A DNA stretch of 64,000 bases from Octopus vulgaris (GCA_951406725.2 OX597815.1:38688001-38752000), one strand, 5' to 3'. Counted from the first letter of the stretch, positions 15,456 to 29,840 are shown. Numbers and translations: made by a program. Notes: generated by a model not told the origin, from the sequence alone.

Positions 15456-17938
15456 AGTTCAAATGTAAACACAATCAGCAATTCATCACCCTCAAGCTCG
15501 AATGACAGTCCAGAAAGCTCCAGTTTGGCATCAAGTCAAGAAATGTGTGTAACAACTGCAAGCAGTGTGACATCTGATGCTAGTGTTAGCACAAGTCCTA
15601 TTACAGTGGAAAATAGATTACTTGAAACTGATCGACGAGATCCGAATTTGAGTAACCAAAGATCTGAAATGACAAAGCAAGAAAGACTAATCAAAGGTAA
15701 CACACCAGAGAAGAATAAAGTCGAAGAGGTTAGTAAAACAGACAATGTGAAAAGTGATAGCAGTCCTCATACTAACAGCTGGAATGAAAGAAAATTAAGA
15801 TATACTAGAATCCAAGAAAAAGGAGAACCCACAATTGGACATAAGGAAAATATGAATACATACGAGAAATATCCTATATCTGCAACATCGATTGCATCCA
15901 GTCTTCCAAATAGCAATGAAGACATCATAAAACCATTTCTTCCAATCCCGTTATATCGCAGATCAAACCAAGATCCAAGAAGCTCACCAAAATCAATGCT
16001 GAAAGCAACCGATAGTCCTTTGATACAAGCAAAGTACAATAATAAAGTGCTTCAGCAATGTACGTATGAAGAGGAAGAATTTTATTCGGCTAACATGCAT
16101 GAGAAATTTTCCAGTTCAGATACAATTCCAGTCGAGGAAAATGAATTTAATATAAATAGCAATCAAAGCCAAGTCAACTCTCCATGCATTAGGAAAAAAG
16201 AACAAGTGGTAAAACTTAGGCCGAAACCTCAAACTAGAACTTCCGTAGACAAGCTAGCAAAAAATGCAATTATTCAAAGTAATGAAAACTCTCTAAAAGT
16301 TAATAGGCCTGCCACACACTCTGAAAACAGCTTTGTTTCAGATCTATCAAGTAAAGCAGGGAACTTTACGCTGCCAACTCCAGTGAAGCAAACAATTTTG
16401 AAAGGTAAATTAGAAAACAGTCCGGGGTTATTTTCTGAAGATTTTCCGAAAACGAGATCACCTCATCATTCACCTTATGATAAGCAACATTTAACTGTAA
16501 GCCCGAATAGGCATTTTAGTTCTGATTCAACTAGTTCAATACCATTCCGAAATATAAAAGACTCCAGAACATCTAGAGCAATTGTAACAAAACCTATACA
16601 AGAGCCAACAATATTATGTAACAAACAACTAGTAAAAAGATTGCCTTATCCAGAAGCTGCTCCACTTAAAAATACTAGGATGTCGACAAGTGTACCAATT
16701 AGTCCTGTTCAAACACCAAAACGAGTAAGTCAAACAAGTGGACTTCAATCAGAAGGAAGTAAGTCACCAATAAATAAACCAGAAGTACCTGGTAAGCCAA
16801 GCAATGTAATAAGCACAAAGGGAAGCCGAATACCCATCAGTAAGTCAACACGCTCTGTTGCCTCACCACCAAAACCTAATCGGCTTGTTATGAACAGATT
16901 AACTAATCCCTATGGTGGCCTTAGGCTTTCCTCTGATAACACTTCAGCTCCTAGAAAGAATCTGCCACCATCAAATATCGAGAATGACATGCACCACCTA
17001 TATCCAGAAAATTTAAGTTTAGTAACTGAACCTCCTTTTCAATCGCCCCCGATTTCGGAAGTTACTCATAAGGAGAGTATCATGTTTAAAAAGAAACAAA
17101 GCGGCAATGAATACTTTGAATCAAGTGCCAGTGACCAATCCCCAGCAATGACGGCAAATGAAACTACGACGCTGAATAGGAGGATACACATGGATGAAGA
17201 GGAAACATACAGTAACTGCAGTATAAAACAAACAAATTTGGATGAAACTGAATCCTCAAAAATGTCAAGTCGGGAAAAAATTCCCAAATCTCGTAAACAT
17301 GACAGTTTCATACGATCTTCCAGCTGTGAAGTACAAGTCGGGTCTCCTACGAGGGGATCGCCAACAACTAACTTCGCGGTAGAAATACCAATAGATGCAT
17401 CAACGGAGACATCACATACGAGATCAAGACCAAAAATGACGATGGTAGAGACCTCAATGCTAAATCAAGAGAATTATAACGATACTGACAAGAATTATCA
17501 CGATAACGCTACATTGCCTACTGGGTTCCACATGGTGACAGAAGAAGAAAGAGGAAAACATAAGTCATTTAAGCAAGATGCTGCTGCTCAGACATCACAG
17601 CTGGATCTTTATGAAGAAAATTACAACAAATATTTTCAGGGTGGAAAAGAAATGTTTCAATACAGACAACATGATGCTGCAGCTCAAACATATTTAGAGA
17701 CGGAGGTAATCGAAAGATCACCGGAAGAGAATGGTGCCGATGCACTAATGTATGAATTTGCATCAACTACGTCTTTAACGGCCTCCCTTCCATCGAGTGC
17801 TAGACAAGCCCATCATCACATCAAAATGGGAGGAGCTTCTTTGAAGACTCGACCTTCGTCAGAAGTGGTGGAAATGAAACAAAAGAAGTTCTATAAAGCC
17901 AACCATTTATACCAGAATCCCTTAGAACCTTCACGATC
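15456..17938 (+). CDS. Large 2.48-kb coding exon of the host gene; S/P/T/K-rich, probably disordered region
   Basis: ttttcttttgttcag acceptor; the 805-aa ORF 15525..17942 is open in the same frame from 15456; GTAAGT donor at 17939 (phase 2). Confidence 0.9.
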
Positions 17939-19780
17939 GTAAGTTTTTTAAAATATTTTTATTTTAAAGGATAAAATGAAAATACTTTTTCTCATTTTTA
18001 AATTACTGCTCCTCGTTATAGTTGTTTGCATATTACGGTTTTAATTAACTTTATTTTCCTGTCAGTTATTTTTTGTCTCCTCCAGTTTCCTCTCCTCTTA
18101 CTATTATTACTATTAGTTATTATTATGATCATGTTATTGTTGTTGTGTCATTGTTGTTATTTGTGGTGGTGGTGGCGGTGGTGTTACGTGATACTGTATT
18201 TTTTATTACGGTTGTTTCCCTTGAATGGCCACATTTCACAAACTCAACTTGGAAGAACATTCCGTCTAAGAATACTTGATAAATTAGAACTTTTAACCAA
18301 CAAAAGACTTCGTAGTATTCAATGATTGGACTGGAAATGTAGAATCGTCTTAACCTTTATTTTTGAACTAAAAATTATTTTTTGTACTAAAATCGACGAG
18401 CTGGCAACGAGCTGGCAGAATCGTGAGCGCTTCAAACAAAATGCTTCCTGGAATTTCTTCCGGGTCTTTTAAGTTCTGAGCTCAAATCCTTCCGTGATAA
18501 ATTTTGTCTTTTATCTTTTCAGAGTCGATAAAGTTAAGTAGAAAATGAGCACTTAAGATGATGTAATCAAATAACCCGCTAACCCTGAAAGAAATACTGG
18601 CCGTATGTCAAAATTTTGGAACATTACTTGAAATGCTAGACGTAATGGTAGTAGGAATGAAAACATTACTGTTCCCAGTGTTTTAAAATACAACAGCAGG
18701 TTTGAAAAAATGATAACGTAAAGAAACAGACATACTATATACAGTTAAATTTTAAGAATCACAAAAAAACTCAAATTATTTTACCATTTAGTAAGGATCG
18801 GAGCCTTTTATTTACTAGGACCTTCAAAGTCAGTGATAAGAAGGACGGGCGTTACTTTCAAGCCACAAACATGGCCTGAATGCCTACAACATAGTGAACT
18901 CTGCTAAAAGTATCCAAGAGTCTTGTAGTGTTTTTAACGGATTAAATTTATCATTTCAGACTGCACGGAGCCAGAGAAAATACTGCACATCTGGTACTAA
19001 AATACGTTTTTGATAAGAAGGGGTTGTAAAATGAGCTAATTCTAGTGGTAAAGTCTACATAAATAAAAGTTGCTGAATATAAAAGAGGCAATACAGAGGC
19101 CGGCCCGACTTCATATCCAAATGATGAGCAGTATACTCAGGTTATTGTCAGATTATAGTTTGATGGGCTAGTCAGCTCACTGATTAGGTGCACTGGATGG
19201 TATATCAGCAGTCTTTAATTTAAGCCACTTACCCTAGTTATTACCCACCCCTTAACCATAAACATTTCCCTAAATATTCGAATAGGTTTCTCTCTTAATA
19301 TTTAATTCTATAATATCTACTCAGTTTTTAATGTAGTATATACTGTCCTAAGCATTTTAGGGCCCCTTACAATATACACCATTTTGCCATTCATTTATTT
19401 GTATATCTTACCCCGTATAAGGATCTCAATAGCTGGTCTTCTGTTTTTTAATTTCAACTAACCAATTATATCGCACGTTGAACCTTGGCCTATCACACTT
19501 CGGACAACAGGTGGAAGGGCTTAACCTGCTTCTAGTAAATAAATAATAACTTACTTTTAATCGATTAGCACTTTATTATGATAAATACTATTAATTAGTA
19601 CTATAAACATAATTATTAAAAATTATTATGATTACATTAAAATCTTATTGTATCTTCACTCCTCCTTTTGGCTAATCCTACTATTATTTTTTAACTTTTA
19701 TTATTTAGCTATCCCATCCCCCCCCCATACAAAGGATTAATCCACCAAATACTATTTTAAGTTTAGTCATTTACTTAACG

Positions 19781-19817
<37 letters not shown>

Positions 19818-19889
19818 CAAAATGGTATGATTACAACCATATTCAACTTTTTCTTTTTCTTCTATAGGCTCTTCTTTTTTTATTTATTC

Positions 19890-20006
19890 TTCACTCTGAT
19901 GAAGCTCCATGCTTCAGATCGGTTTTATTACCAAATATGATAAATATTCTTAGTATATCAATGGCAATACCATACAACATTGGAAGCAGAAACAGCTGTT
20001 AGATGG
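19890..20006 (+). ncRNA. Type I hammerhead ribozyme motif with a long stem II loop
   Basis: CUGAUGA (19896), A-GCUCCAUG...CAUUGGAAGC-A, GAAA-CAGCUGUU (19989-20000, palindromic stem III), imperfect stem I; AATAAA about 30 nt downstream. Confidence 0.55.
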
Positions 20007-20362
20007 GATGCAATCTATTTGTATTGAATTAATAAATAATCGTTGATATAAATCAATTATTGTTCATCAGTATCTCCATTTTCGGTTTTCTTTAAATTTT
20101 GATTCTTGAAAAGCTCATGTTTATCCTTGTCTTTACCTATAATTTATGAGCATGATATGCTTGCATATATATGCCCATGGTTAAACATAGATAATATACC
20201 GGTAGTATAATGGATATTTCTATCCCTTAGACAGCTATTTGAACCTCTAACTCAGCTAACCCCTTACATATATGCGTATGTGTGTTTGCGTGTGTTTGTG
20301 CGTGCGTGTGTGTGTGTGCGTGCACATGCATACATACATAGGTACATACGAACATGCATACA

Positions 20363-21382
20363 TACAGGGTGCGGTAAACATAATGTCGTCTGAATTATGC
20401 AAATATCGCGAATGCTATACGAACACAAAGTATATGTCGATAGCCAACTGGAAAATATGTTTTTCTGGAATTATAACAACAGTAACATCGTCCTTTATAG
20501 AACTGCCACTTGCTATATAATCATTACTATTTCGTACTGTTACTGTATATCTGTCACTCAGAGATTTAAAACAAGTTGTTTTTCTCTATAGAAAATGACA
20601 TTGACATCGCATTTTAACAGGTATATTTACTAAAACTACATTTAAAACATCTTGAAATGCTAAACTGTAGATTTATTCAATAAAATCGCCATTAGCTTCA
20701 ATCAAGGCCTCCAAACGACTTCCGAATCTCTTGTAACTCTTCTGGGCGGTCACCTTGTTTAAGTTGGTGAATGCTGCCATGATCCTTGCCTTCAGTTAAT
20801 CAAGGGGGTTGCAGTCTTGAGAGTCAGATGGTCAGATATTAATGGTGATGTGGTCGCAGAAATTGTCTGACAGCTATGACTAGGTTCTCCTGCTTGTGTG
20901 GCATGGTGCAGATTCCTGTTGCCAGACATAGTGTCTTCCAGCAGTCACCTTCTTGACCCAGGGCAGCACTACCTCCTCCAGGCACTTGATATAGGCCTCC
21001 GTGTTGAGTCTGGGGTTCTGTGAGAAGATGAATGGAGACATAACGTCGCCATCACTAGCGGTCACTCCGAACACACCATGATGTTGATAAGATGTTTGAT
21101 TTTTATCACTCTCGATACATGTTTTGGGGACACGGCAAGCCAAATGTTATTTTGTGTGTTCACCATCCATTTGTATTGGAGCTTGCGACACGAATGCCAA
21201 ATAGTACAGCATGTCATTTCCAAATTTCTGACTGAGTAAATTGCATCATAGTGTTGTTTTTCTCAGAGACAGTGCCCAATTGACCCTACTTTACTGTGTA
21301 GTCGACAAATTCAAAAAGAAATAATGTACATGTGTGAAGTTAAAAATATAAAATGCTGACAATTTAACCATCGCACCCTGTA
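20363..21382 (-). mobile_element. Tc1/mariner-superfamily transposon relic
   Basis: TA-CAGGGTGCG...CGCACCCTG-TA ends; transposase fragment VFGVTASDGDVM...YVWQQESAPCHTS (20880..21143) followed by a decayed SPDxNPLD motif. Confidence 0.8.
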
Positions 21383-22684
21383 TGTGTGTTGTGTATTCAT
21401 CTATGACCTATTCTCGCTAAACATTCTCCAGTTACGTTTATAAAACCTTTTTATCCACTAATATATAATTCTGTCAAAACGCCTTCAAATCGCGCGATAC
21501 AATATCTAGAAAAGAAGGACCATTCAGAAAGAAATCTTTATGGGTGGATCACCGTCGGACAAAGAACTTCTAAACCAGGGCTGACTAGTACTAAACAACA
21601 GGTCTGTGATATATTTATTAGCTAATGTACGATGGAATATGTCTGTCGAGTGCCCAGTAGAAACTGAACAGCTGCATAGATGTCACTTGCTCGCACACAC
21701 GGCAGTTAAATCGTTAGCTTAGATTTTTTTTCAATTCATGTACAGTTTATGCTTAAATGTTTATCTAGCAGAGATGTTTCTAGAATTTTTCACGCTGCAC
21801 AATGATATATATGGAAAGATCATGAAGATATACGTGGAGAGAGCTTCCTCGTAGTTCCTCTACTTTGTAGTAAAACAGCCCAAAATATTTTAATCAAACA
21901 ACATAATCTTCAAACTGGAAATTCACATAGGATTATATGGTTCGAAATACACTACATTAAAAAACAGATTCGTGTGTGAAGTTGAGAAGCTGTGAAGCTT
22001 TTCTTTTCTTTTTTTTTTTTTTTTTTGTCAATGATCTCTATAGTGCAATTTTTCGATATTAAATCTAAACTCCTCTGGATTTCTGGCTTTTGTAGTATCC
22101 CTAATGTGTCAATGAAAGTCGCTGTTTAAGTGCTGGAAATAGTTCTGAAGTCATTATACATCCAGTAATGCAACGCGCGAGTACTGTGTTTGGTTCTGAC
22201 AATAAACCCAGTACTCGATAACTGCATATTCTATTCGTTAAACTTACATAATTCCAAAGCATTTTTTTTTTGCCTAAAGACATTTCCCCATTTCTCACTG
22301 TTTCCATTTGCCTTTAAAAATGTTTGTCACATACCTTTCGGATCATAAGCAGTCCTTAGTTCATTGTCCTGATTATCAAACAAGTATAGTTTCAAAACGC
22401 CTATATCCCACCTGCAGAAATGCCTCCCTATTATAATAATTTTATTTATTTCAAAATATGCTGTCATATATTGCTAGCTGAAATGAATAAATGATATAAA
22501 AGTTGTTTTATTTTATCATAAGATACAGCAAAAGAGTTTGATTAAAGATGAGAAACATTAGACTCATTGAAAGTTATCTTGTCAAGGAGTCTGATCTACA
22601 TGCAATCTTACACAAGTTGCTCTTGCACTGTGTGCGACATTGACCATGAAATATGCGGCAAAGAAAGAAGTGCTTATTATCATT

Positions 22685-23760
22685 ACTATACGATAGCTCA
22701 CAGCTTATTTCACTGGGTATGAGGAAAAGTTTCAGCTGTCCACAATCATCAAACTAAGGTGACACTAGTTTACTGATCAAGCTTCAAGAACCCTGAGAAG
22801 AATTCTTGCAGTTCCAAGCAATGCTGAGTTTTGTAGGTGTTCTACCTTCACACTTGTACCGATCAGTTTCAGCCATGTTGGTAGTTGAGTGCTAGCACTT
22901 CCAAGTGCACCAATAACTACTGATATCACGTCTACTCTCTTCATTGACCACAACCTTCATATTTCCCACTTTAAATCGTCATAGTTGTTTATTGCTTCTT
23001 CATCTTTCACATTGATCCTGTTGTCACCGAAGCATTATCATACATGTTCTTTCTTTTTTATTCACCAAAACAATGTCCGGTATCCCATGTCTGGTCAGGT
23101 GATCGCACTGGATCATTGCGTCCCACAAGATTTTTGTAATTCTCATTTTCGTTGACTCCTTCTGAAGTTTCCTCATACCACGACTTTGCTCTTTGTAGGC
23201 CGTGATTTCCACAGAGCTCCCAATTGCTCATTCTTGCCACATTGTCGCTATTGGTAGTGTTGTCTTTTCTGTACTTCATATAGTTGGTCCTTAACGCCTG
23301 TACCTCAGCTGCACATATGAATGCTTCTGTTCTATCTTCAGGTCACTCCTCCTCATCCATAGCCATCGGTCCTCTGTATCTGTCTTGGCATTCATATCTC
23401 TTGCAAACTGACCGTACATTTTCTCTTCCTTCCATGTTTTTTTTCTTTTATTTTTGTTCATTTCTTGTTTAAAATTTTCTTTAGTTACACAATTTTCTGT
23501 TATGATGACGCCGGCCTTCTTCGTGTTTCAACAGTTGCTCCACGGCATTTTTATATGGTAACCCAGGCAACTGATCAAACCTCTCCCACCATTTCTTCTG
23601 GAGAAGTACAGCCTATCGGTGTTACTCTTAGAGTGGAAGGCTCCGTGTACTGTCAACATTTTATTTGGTCTTGGTATCTATTGTCTTCATTTCTCTCTTT
23701 TGCCATTTTATAATTCCTGCTCCATACCGAAGTGATGCTATCATCCACGTATTAACTGAT
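22685..23760 (-). mobile_element. Decayed R4/Dong-type RLE element, family F
   Basis: Fragments ELCGNHGLQRAKSWYE, KILWD...IPDIVLVNKKERTC, EHLQNSALLGTARIL; TAA tracts on the minus strand at both ends. Confidence 0.75.
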
Positions 23761-23789
23761 TGGTTATAATAATAATAATAATAATAATA

Positions 23790-23857
<68 letters not shown>

Positions 23858-23889
23858 CATCATCATCATTATTATTAGTACCATTATTA

Positions 23890-24050
23890 CGGCGGCGATG
23901 TCCAGTTCTGAGTTGAAATTCTGCCGAGGTCGACTTTGTCTTTTATTCTTTCGGGGTCGATAAATTAAGTACTAGTGAAACACTGCAGTCGATGTCATCG
24001 ACTAGGCCCCCTCGCCAAAATGCCAGGCTTTGTGCCTTTAGTAGAAAGTA
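23890..24050 (+). mobile_element. SINE family 2 (CORE/MIR-like), internally deleted
   Basis: GTTCTGAGTTGAAATTCTGCCGAGGTCGACTTTG...TTCGGGGTCGATAAATTAAGTAC. Confidence 0.7.
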
Positions 24051-25523
24051 TTATTATTGTTGTTGTTGTTGTTGTTGTTACTTGAATTTCATCCCATATT
24101 ACAATGATACCTACTTGCGTCATTATGCTTTACGAGACGTATGCATCATTTCAGCTTGGGCTATTTAGAAATTATGTTGTAAGAAATACGATGACAACAG
24201 ATTATATTGAAATAGAATGTATTCATTCTAGTATCTTTTATATACACCATACTGCTACAAATATGTTTCTCATTGTGGTCGTCGTCGACGTTGTTGTAGT
24301 TTGCTTTGATCCAGCAGATATATTAATAAAAGGCACTCCAGCAATGACCACTCCCTCTTTTGGGGGTATGTGTAGGGAACCCAAGATTATATTATGCAAC
24401 GTACCCATTTTAAAGAGAGTAACGTATAATCAGTGAGAGATTTGGTTACTATTTCTAGGAGTCTGAGTGACCACATAGAGGTTTCCTCACTGGCATGTTG
24501 TTGTTGTTATTTATTCTACTAATGGTAGCTCAGTTCCCTTTTATCCTTATTTCTGATGTTATTATTATTGTCAATGCATACGATAACAAAATCGATAAAA
24601 AGAATTTGGTTGTTTTTAAAATACTGCATTTAGTTACGTCTTTTTATCTTCTGACTTCAAATCCCGCCAGATTTGACTTCGCCTTTTATCCTTCCATGTT
24701 CCATAAAAAGAAACGACAATAAATTAATGATGGTAAATTTAATTGACTGACTAGAACCCCTCCCTTGAAATGTGTAATCACGAGCCAGTTCTAAAAACCA
24801 TTATTACAGCTATTGTAATTATGGATATTACGGCTCTTGAGAATGGTGTGTGCATGTGTGCATGTGTGTTTGTGCGTGTGTATTTTTAATTGCTAATGTT
24901 TCTGAGCTACTTCTCCTACTATCGGTAAAATGCAGGCGTTACTATCGTTACTATTACAGTTTCTTCAGCTACATCACCTGCTGCCTTTATTGGTGGTAGC
25001 AGTATCTCGGTATTTATAGCATTTGTAGGTAATGAAACAATCAGACTAGCTTGTTTATATTGCTATCAATGTTGCTGTTGATATTTCACTTTTGTGTAAA
25101 ATGACCAGCTAGCATCTTACTCCTATACTTATTTCTTCATGTCTACAGAGTCATTCAGCCTGAAATCAAACGCTACCGCCTTAGAAAAAATAAGAAGGCG
25201 TTGAATAATATATCCTATATATAACTCATCAAAATTAAACACGGAATATTCTCAATTGAGGTGGTTTTATTTATAGTTCTGCTAGATCATAGCTACTCGA
25301 AGGTTACAAAGCATAAACTAAATCAAGCGTGAACATTTGGTATCAACAATTGTATTTTATCCTGAGCTGTCAAAAACACTAAATTTTACCTAGTAAAATT
25401 AAAATTTGCCCTGAATGGTTATTTTGTTACTTTCGTTTGTGGAAAAACCCTGAATCCCAAAATAAAAATTTCAACCGGGTATTAATGATAATAATTTGTC
25501 ACTTGGATAGGCAACACATCAAA

Positions 25524-25743
25524 GGACTGATGGTATTCTAAGGGGAAACATATTGGCAATTTGATCTCTTCGTTTTTCTTTAACCTTATTCTCTCTTTCC
25601 ACTTACATATATGGAACCTATTAATTTGCACAAAACTCCATTCTATATAATAAAAACATAATAAACACTTTTGTATACTTAATATTAGTATTCATATTAT
25701 ATCTTTATGTACCACCGTTACCATAATATTACTCCCTGGTACT
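25524..25743. repeat. 220-bp direct repeat, copy 1
   Basis: Nearly identical to 26956-27175. Confidence 0.9.
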
Positions 25744-26955
25744 TGTGAATTTGCCCATTATGTGTACACTGTATATTTTCACCACTACCCCTCCCCATGG
25801 GACTGACATCCTCAATCTGCTCCGGCAAGATTAAAATTCATGACGAAGAGACAGAAAACTAAAAGGTATTTGGTTGAGAGTTTTACCATTTCTACTGTTA
25901 CAAGTCATCATAATGCCTCTATAGATGCTCAACATTAATCAATCACCATAATTACAATTATTTCTAATACATGCATGGACAGATCAAAAGACTGCAGTAG
26001 TTAACTGACAGGTATTTTAATGATGTATGGGGAAGGTAAGATAAAATCGATCCCCCGCTGAACTGATAATTGCATTGCTTTTGTCTCGAACTTTGCATAC
26101 ACAACTACTTCCCGTAATATGTTAGTGGATTTGTTGGAACCAGGGTTCACTAGATGCTCAGGAGTTTTGAAGTAATTGCGAATGGGAGAAAAGATGTCAC
26201 CAGAAAATTTGCTGAAACGCTAAGAAAACAAACCATAGCATCTGGCCCAAGAGAGCGGGGTAATGGAGCTGCAAGAACGAACGCTGAGAATGTTAGAAAC
26301 ATATGGACCAGAGTTGCAACTCAACAAAGTTCGAGATTCTGTGCGAGTTTTGCCACCTACATCGGTAGGTGGCCCCAGGCATCTTTGGTGTGATGATAGA
26401 AAGGACCAAGACACCTACAGAGTTGCTTCATCACCTGAGGAAATATCGGCTCCATCATTTAGAGACGGTGTACAGCAGCACCCTCAGAACATAAGTGTTT
26501 GCCCTAATTGGAAAAATAAGCACGAACTTACATACTTTGTAGAAAATATAGACTATAAAGCTCTTCTTAGCACGAAAGCGGTACTAATTTCATAGATTCG
26601 GGATTAACGATCATCGACTTGTTCAAAGTCATACCTAACAAGCATAAAAGTCCAGGCAAATTTTCAGCAAGCACAGCAATATATCATCGACCAGAGGTCA
26701 AAGGAAGCTCTTGTCGAGATGATGGCCTTCTTGCACCCAGCAAATTTCATCGACAATTTACCGAGAAAAGGCTTCACATCATCAGTATCTTAAATTCTGT
26801 GTGTTCTGCACCCTCTGTATAAGAACTGCGTTTTATTTTGGCTAAGTGATGATTTCGGCAATGTTTACCGTCAAACTACTTTCGTTGTCAATAAAATTAT
26901 GGTAATCTGTTATGTTTAACGTTTTACGAGAGATCTTCTATGGTTAGATATATCG

Positions 26956-27175
26956 GGACTGATGGTATTCTAAGGGGGAACATATTGGCAATTTGATCTC
27001 TTCGTTTTTCTTTAACCTTATTCTCTCTTTCCACTTACATATATTGAACCTATTAAGTTGCACAAAACTCCATTCTATATAATAGAAACATAATAAACAC
27101 TTTTGTATACTTAATATTAGTATTCATATTGTATCTTTATGTACCATCGTTACCATAATATTACTCTCTGGTACT
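26956..27175. repeat. 220-bp direct repeat, copy 2
   Basis: Nearly identical to 25524-25743. Confidence 0.9.
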
Positions 27176-27262
27176 AAGAATAGATAATATACAACGATGT
27201 CAGTACATTTACATAGGGGCAATACATAAAATCAAATATGTGCGAATGTCGTTTGCGTACAC

Positions 27263-27295
<33 letters not shown>

Positions 27296-27692
27296 TGTAT
27301 GTATGTATGTATGTATGTTTGTATGTGTGTGTATGTATGAATGAATGAATGTATGTGTGTGTATGACATAGAATTAGTGCTTAAGCACTATAAAACTATA
27401 TCCAGTGAATGTAAGAGCTCAATTATTAACATGTTAATATCCGTATATTACTACTTCAATGCAATAATCGTAAAGTGAATGTGTTTCCAAGTATATGAAT
27501 ATATATATGCAGCCTATGTGCACAGGAACATAACTACAACAGTGATCATAGATTTCACACAGATACTCCATGCTTTTATACGGAAATTATGAAATATCTG
27601 TGAAACCTTTTCCATTCTCTCTCTCCCTCACTCTCTCTCTCTTTCTCTTGCGCCCTCTCTTCCTCTCTCTATCTCTATCTCTCTCTCTCTCT

Positions 27693-27732
<40 letters not shown>

Positions 27733-27744
27733 CCGTGTATTACC

Positions 27745-27788
<44 letters not shown>

Positions 27789-27879
27789 TGAGAGATAGAA
27801 AGATGTATATGTATGTATGTATGTATGTATGTGTATGTATGTATGTATGTATGTGTGTGTGTATTTGTGCTTTCTTTTT

Positions 27880-29330
27880 TTCATTTAGAATAAATTTTGA
27901 CCCACCACTTACTTGGTAGCAAGGTTGTGAAAGAAAGCATCTTGTTTTATTCAATAATCCTTTAAATCTTAAGAATGTCTGGCAGATGTTTTTAGTCCCA
28001 GATATCATGATATTTTGAAGTTTATGAATTAAGGACTTGCGTTTTCTGTCCAGAACCCAAGTTCAACAATATTTCATTGCAGACGGGTTATTATGTATCT
28101 TGTTACTACAATGCTAATAGGTATGAAGCCGAAAGCGCATCTTGGCTACTGAACATAAACTTCTTATCTGTGGTTCATAGATGTGCTTTTTTTTTCTAAT
28201 TGCATTGTTGCCTAGAACGCAATCGGTTTTCAAGGCAGAACATACCTTTTCCTTGTGGTACCACACAACAATATCCAGTCAGTTTTAATTTTTAAGTTCC
28301 ACCAATATTCTTCTAATCCATCGGTCTGCAGCTGTTTTCCTTTTTATCATCCTGCCCCAGACTGTCCTGGCCACTGTATCATGCCTCATGGGAAGATAAC
28401 ATATGAAAGACATTCTCTCATAGTGGACAATAATATGATTGAGATCTTCAGTCTTGTTCTTGCATAGCCTACACTTGTCAGTCAATGTTTTCTGCCTTTT
28501 ATGCTGTAAGCACTTGGTGGGGATCTCTTATTCTTGAATTGTATGGAGGTAAACTTCAAAGTGGTAATGGTATAAAGTTGTCGGTACTCCATGCTAAGCT
28601 TCTAGCATGATGGATTCCTCCTATGGTTGATGTTATTCGCGTCAAGTACCCGTGTATTACCCTCTCAGTTAACTAGTCCATTTATTTCGTTTTTATTTTG
28701 TTCTTCTGACTAGATTTTAACGATGCTCCTTGGGGAGATATCTGCATCAGCGCTTATTTTATACCTACGGTCAAGTTTCTTCATGGTCAAGTTGCTTCAT
28801 GGTCACAAACTTGGATAAGATAGTTACTGGTCCCTTTCTTCTGCTGCAGATGTTGTTTCAGGGTCACAATCTGTACATCATATGACATCAGTACAGATTT
28901 GAACCACGATCACCACCCTCGTGTGGGAAGTATATCCTGACTACATCTCCATTAATGTTGACGTATCTTGTAATACTATTTTCTACTCTAGGCACACGGC
29001 TCGAAATTTTGGGGGAGGGGGCCAGTCGATTAGATTGACCCCAGTACGCAAATGGTACTTAATTTATCGATCCCGAAAGGATGAAAGCCAAAGTCGACCT
29101 CGGCGGAATTTGAACTCAGAACGTAGCGGCAGACGAAATACGGCTAAGCATTTCGCCCGGTGTTCTAATGTTTCTGTCAGCTCGCCGCCTTCGTATCTTG
29201 TAATACTGAGCAGCTTTCGGGTTCGAATATTTATCTCACTTTGTTCTTGTAGTGACCAGTTCAGGATAAACTTCGCTGTGAGGACAGGCACTGCAAAGGT
29301 GTTGTGAGCAATATAATTGCTGTAGGCTAA
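27880..29330 (-). mobile_element. Old RLE-type non-LTR relic interrupted by a SINE
   Basis: ORF 28285..28485 has TDKCRLCKNKTEDLNHI...RHD (zinc knuckle + RHD motif). Confidence 0.6.
28978..29191 (-). mobile_element. SINE family 2, full length, with 16-bp TSD
   Basis: Head GGCGGCGAGCTGACAGAAAC...GAGTTCAAATTCC; TSD CGTATCTTGTAATACT at 28962-28977 and 29192-29207. Confidence 0.9.
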
Positions 29331-29807
29331 GAGTTTTTATGACTATACTCCCTTTACGTTCTTGAGGTATTAAATCTTATATATGTATATATGTGTGTAT
29401 GTATGTCATTATTCAGTTTAATTTCAATATTTCTTGCCAATAAAGGAGCTGGTTTCTAACCTAGATTCAAGGCTCCTTCGTTGAAATTTCCACAACATCA
29501 ACAGGGGTTTTTTGTATGTATGTATGTACGTATATGTGCAGATTTATATGTTTTGTTTCATGTATGTATTCTCAGGTATATATGTATGTATTCTCAGGCA
29601 TGTCTGAACATGCTCATTATACTTAAATGATAAACGCCTGGAAAGTTTCACAGATTTTATAGTTCCAGTGATGGCTTGGAACTGTAGTCTTCGAATCAGC
29701 TTTCTCATTTCTGGTTTTGAGAAGCCTGATTGCTCAAGATTGGTATTTAGGCAGTATATTACATTTCCCAGTGCCCCAATGATTATAGGTATAAACGTGG
29801 GCTTGAA

Positions 29808-29840
<33 letters not shown>

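Noticed and set aside
27880-29330. Member of the TAA-targeting guild
   Set aside because: RLE-like, but its 3' end abuts (TATG)n rather than TAA, so it was not counted among families A-G.
29440-29495. Possible hammerhead on the minus strand (GAAAC after a stem)
   Set aside because: No CUGANGA-like core; it folds better as a simple hairpin (GAAGGAGC/GCTCCTT). It may be part of a repeat but I cannot support a ribozyme call.
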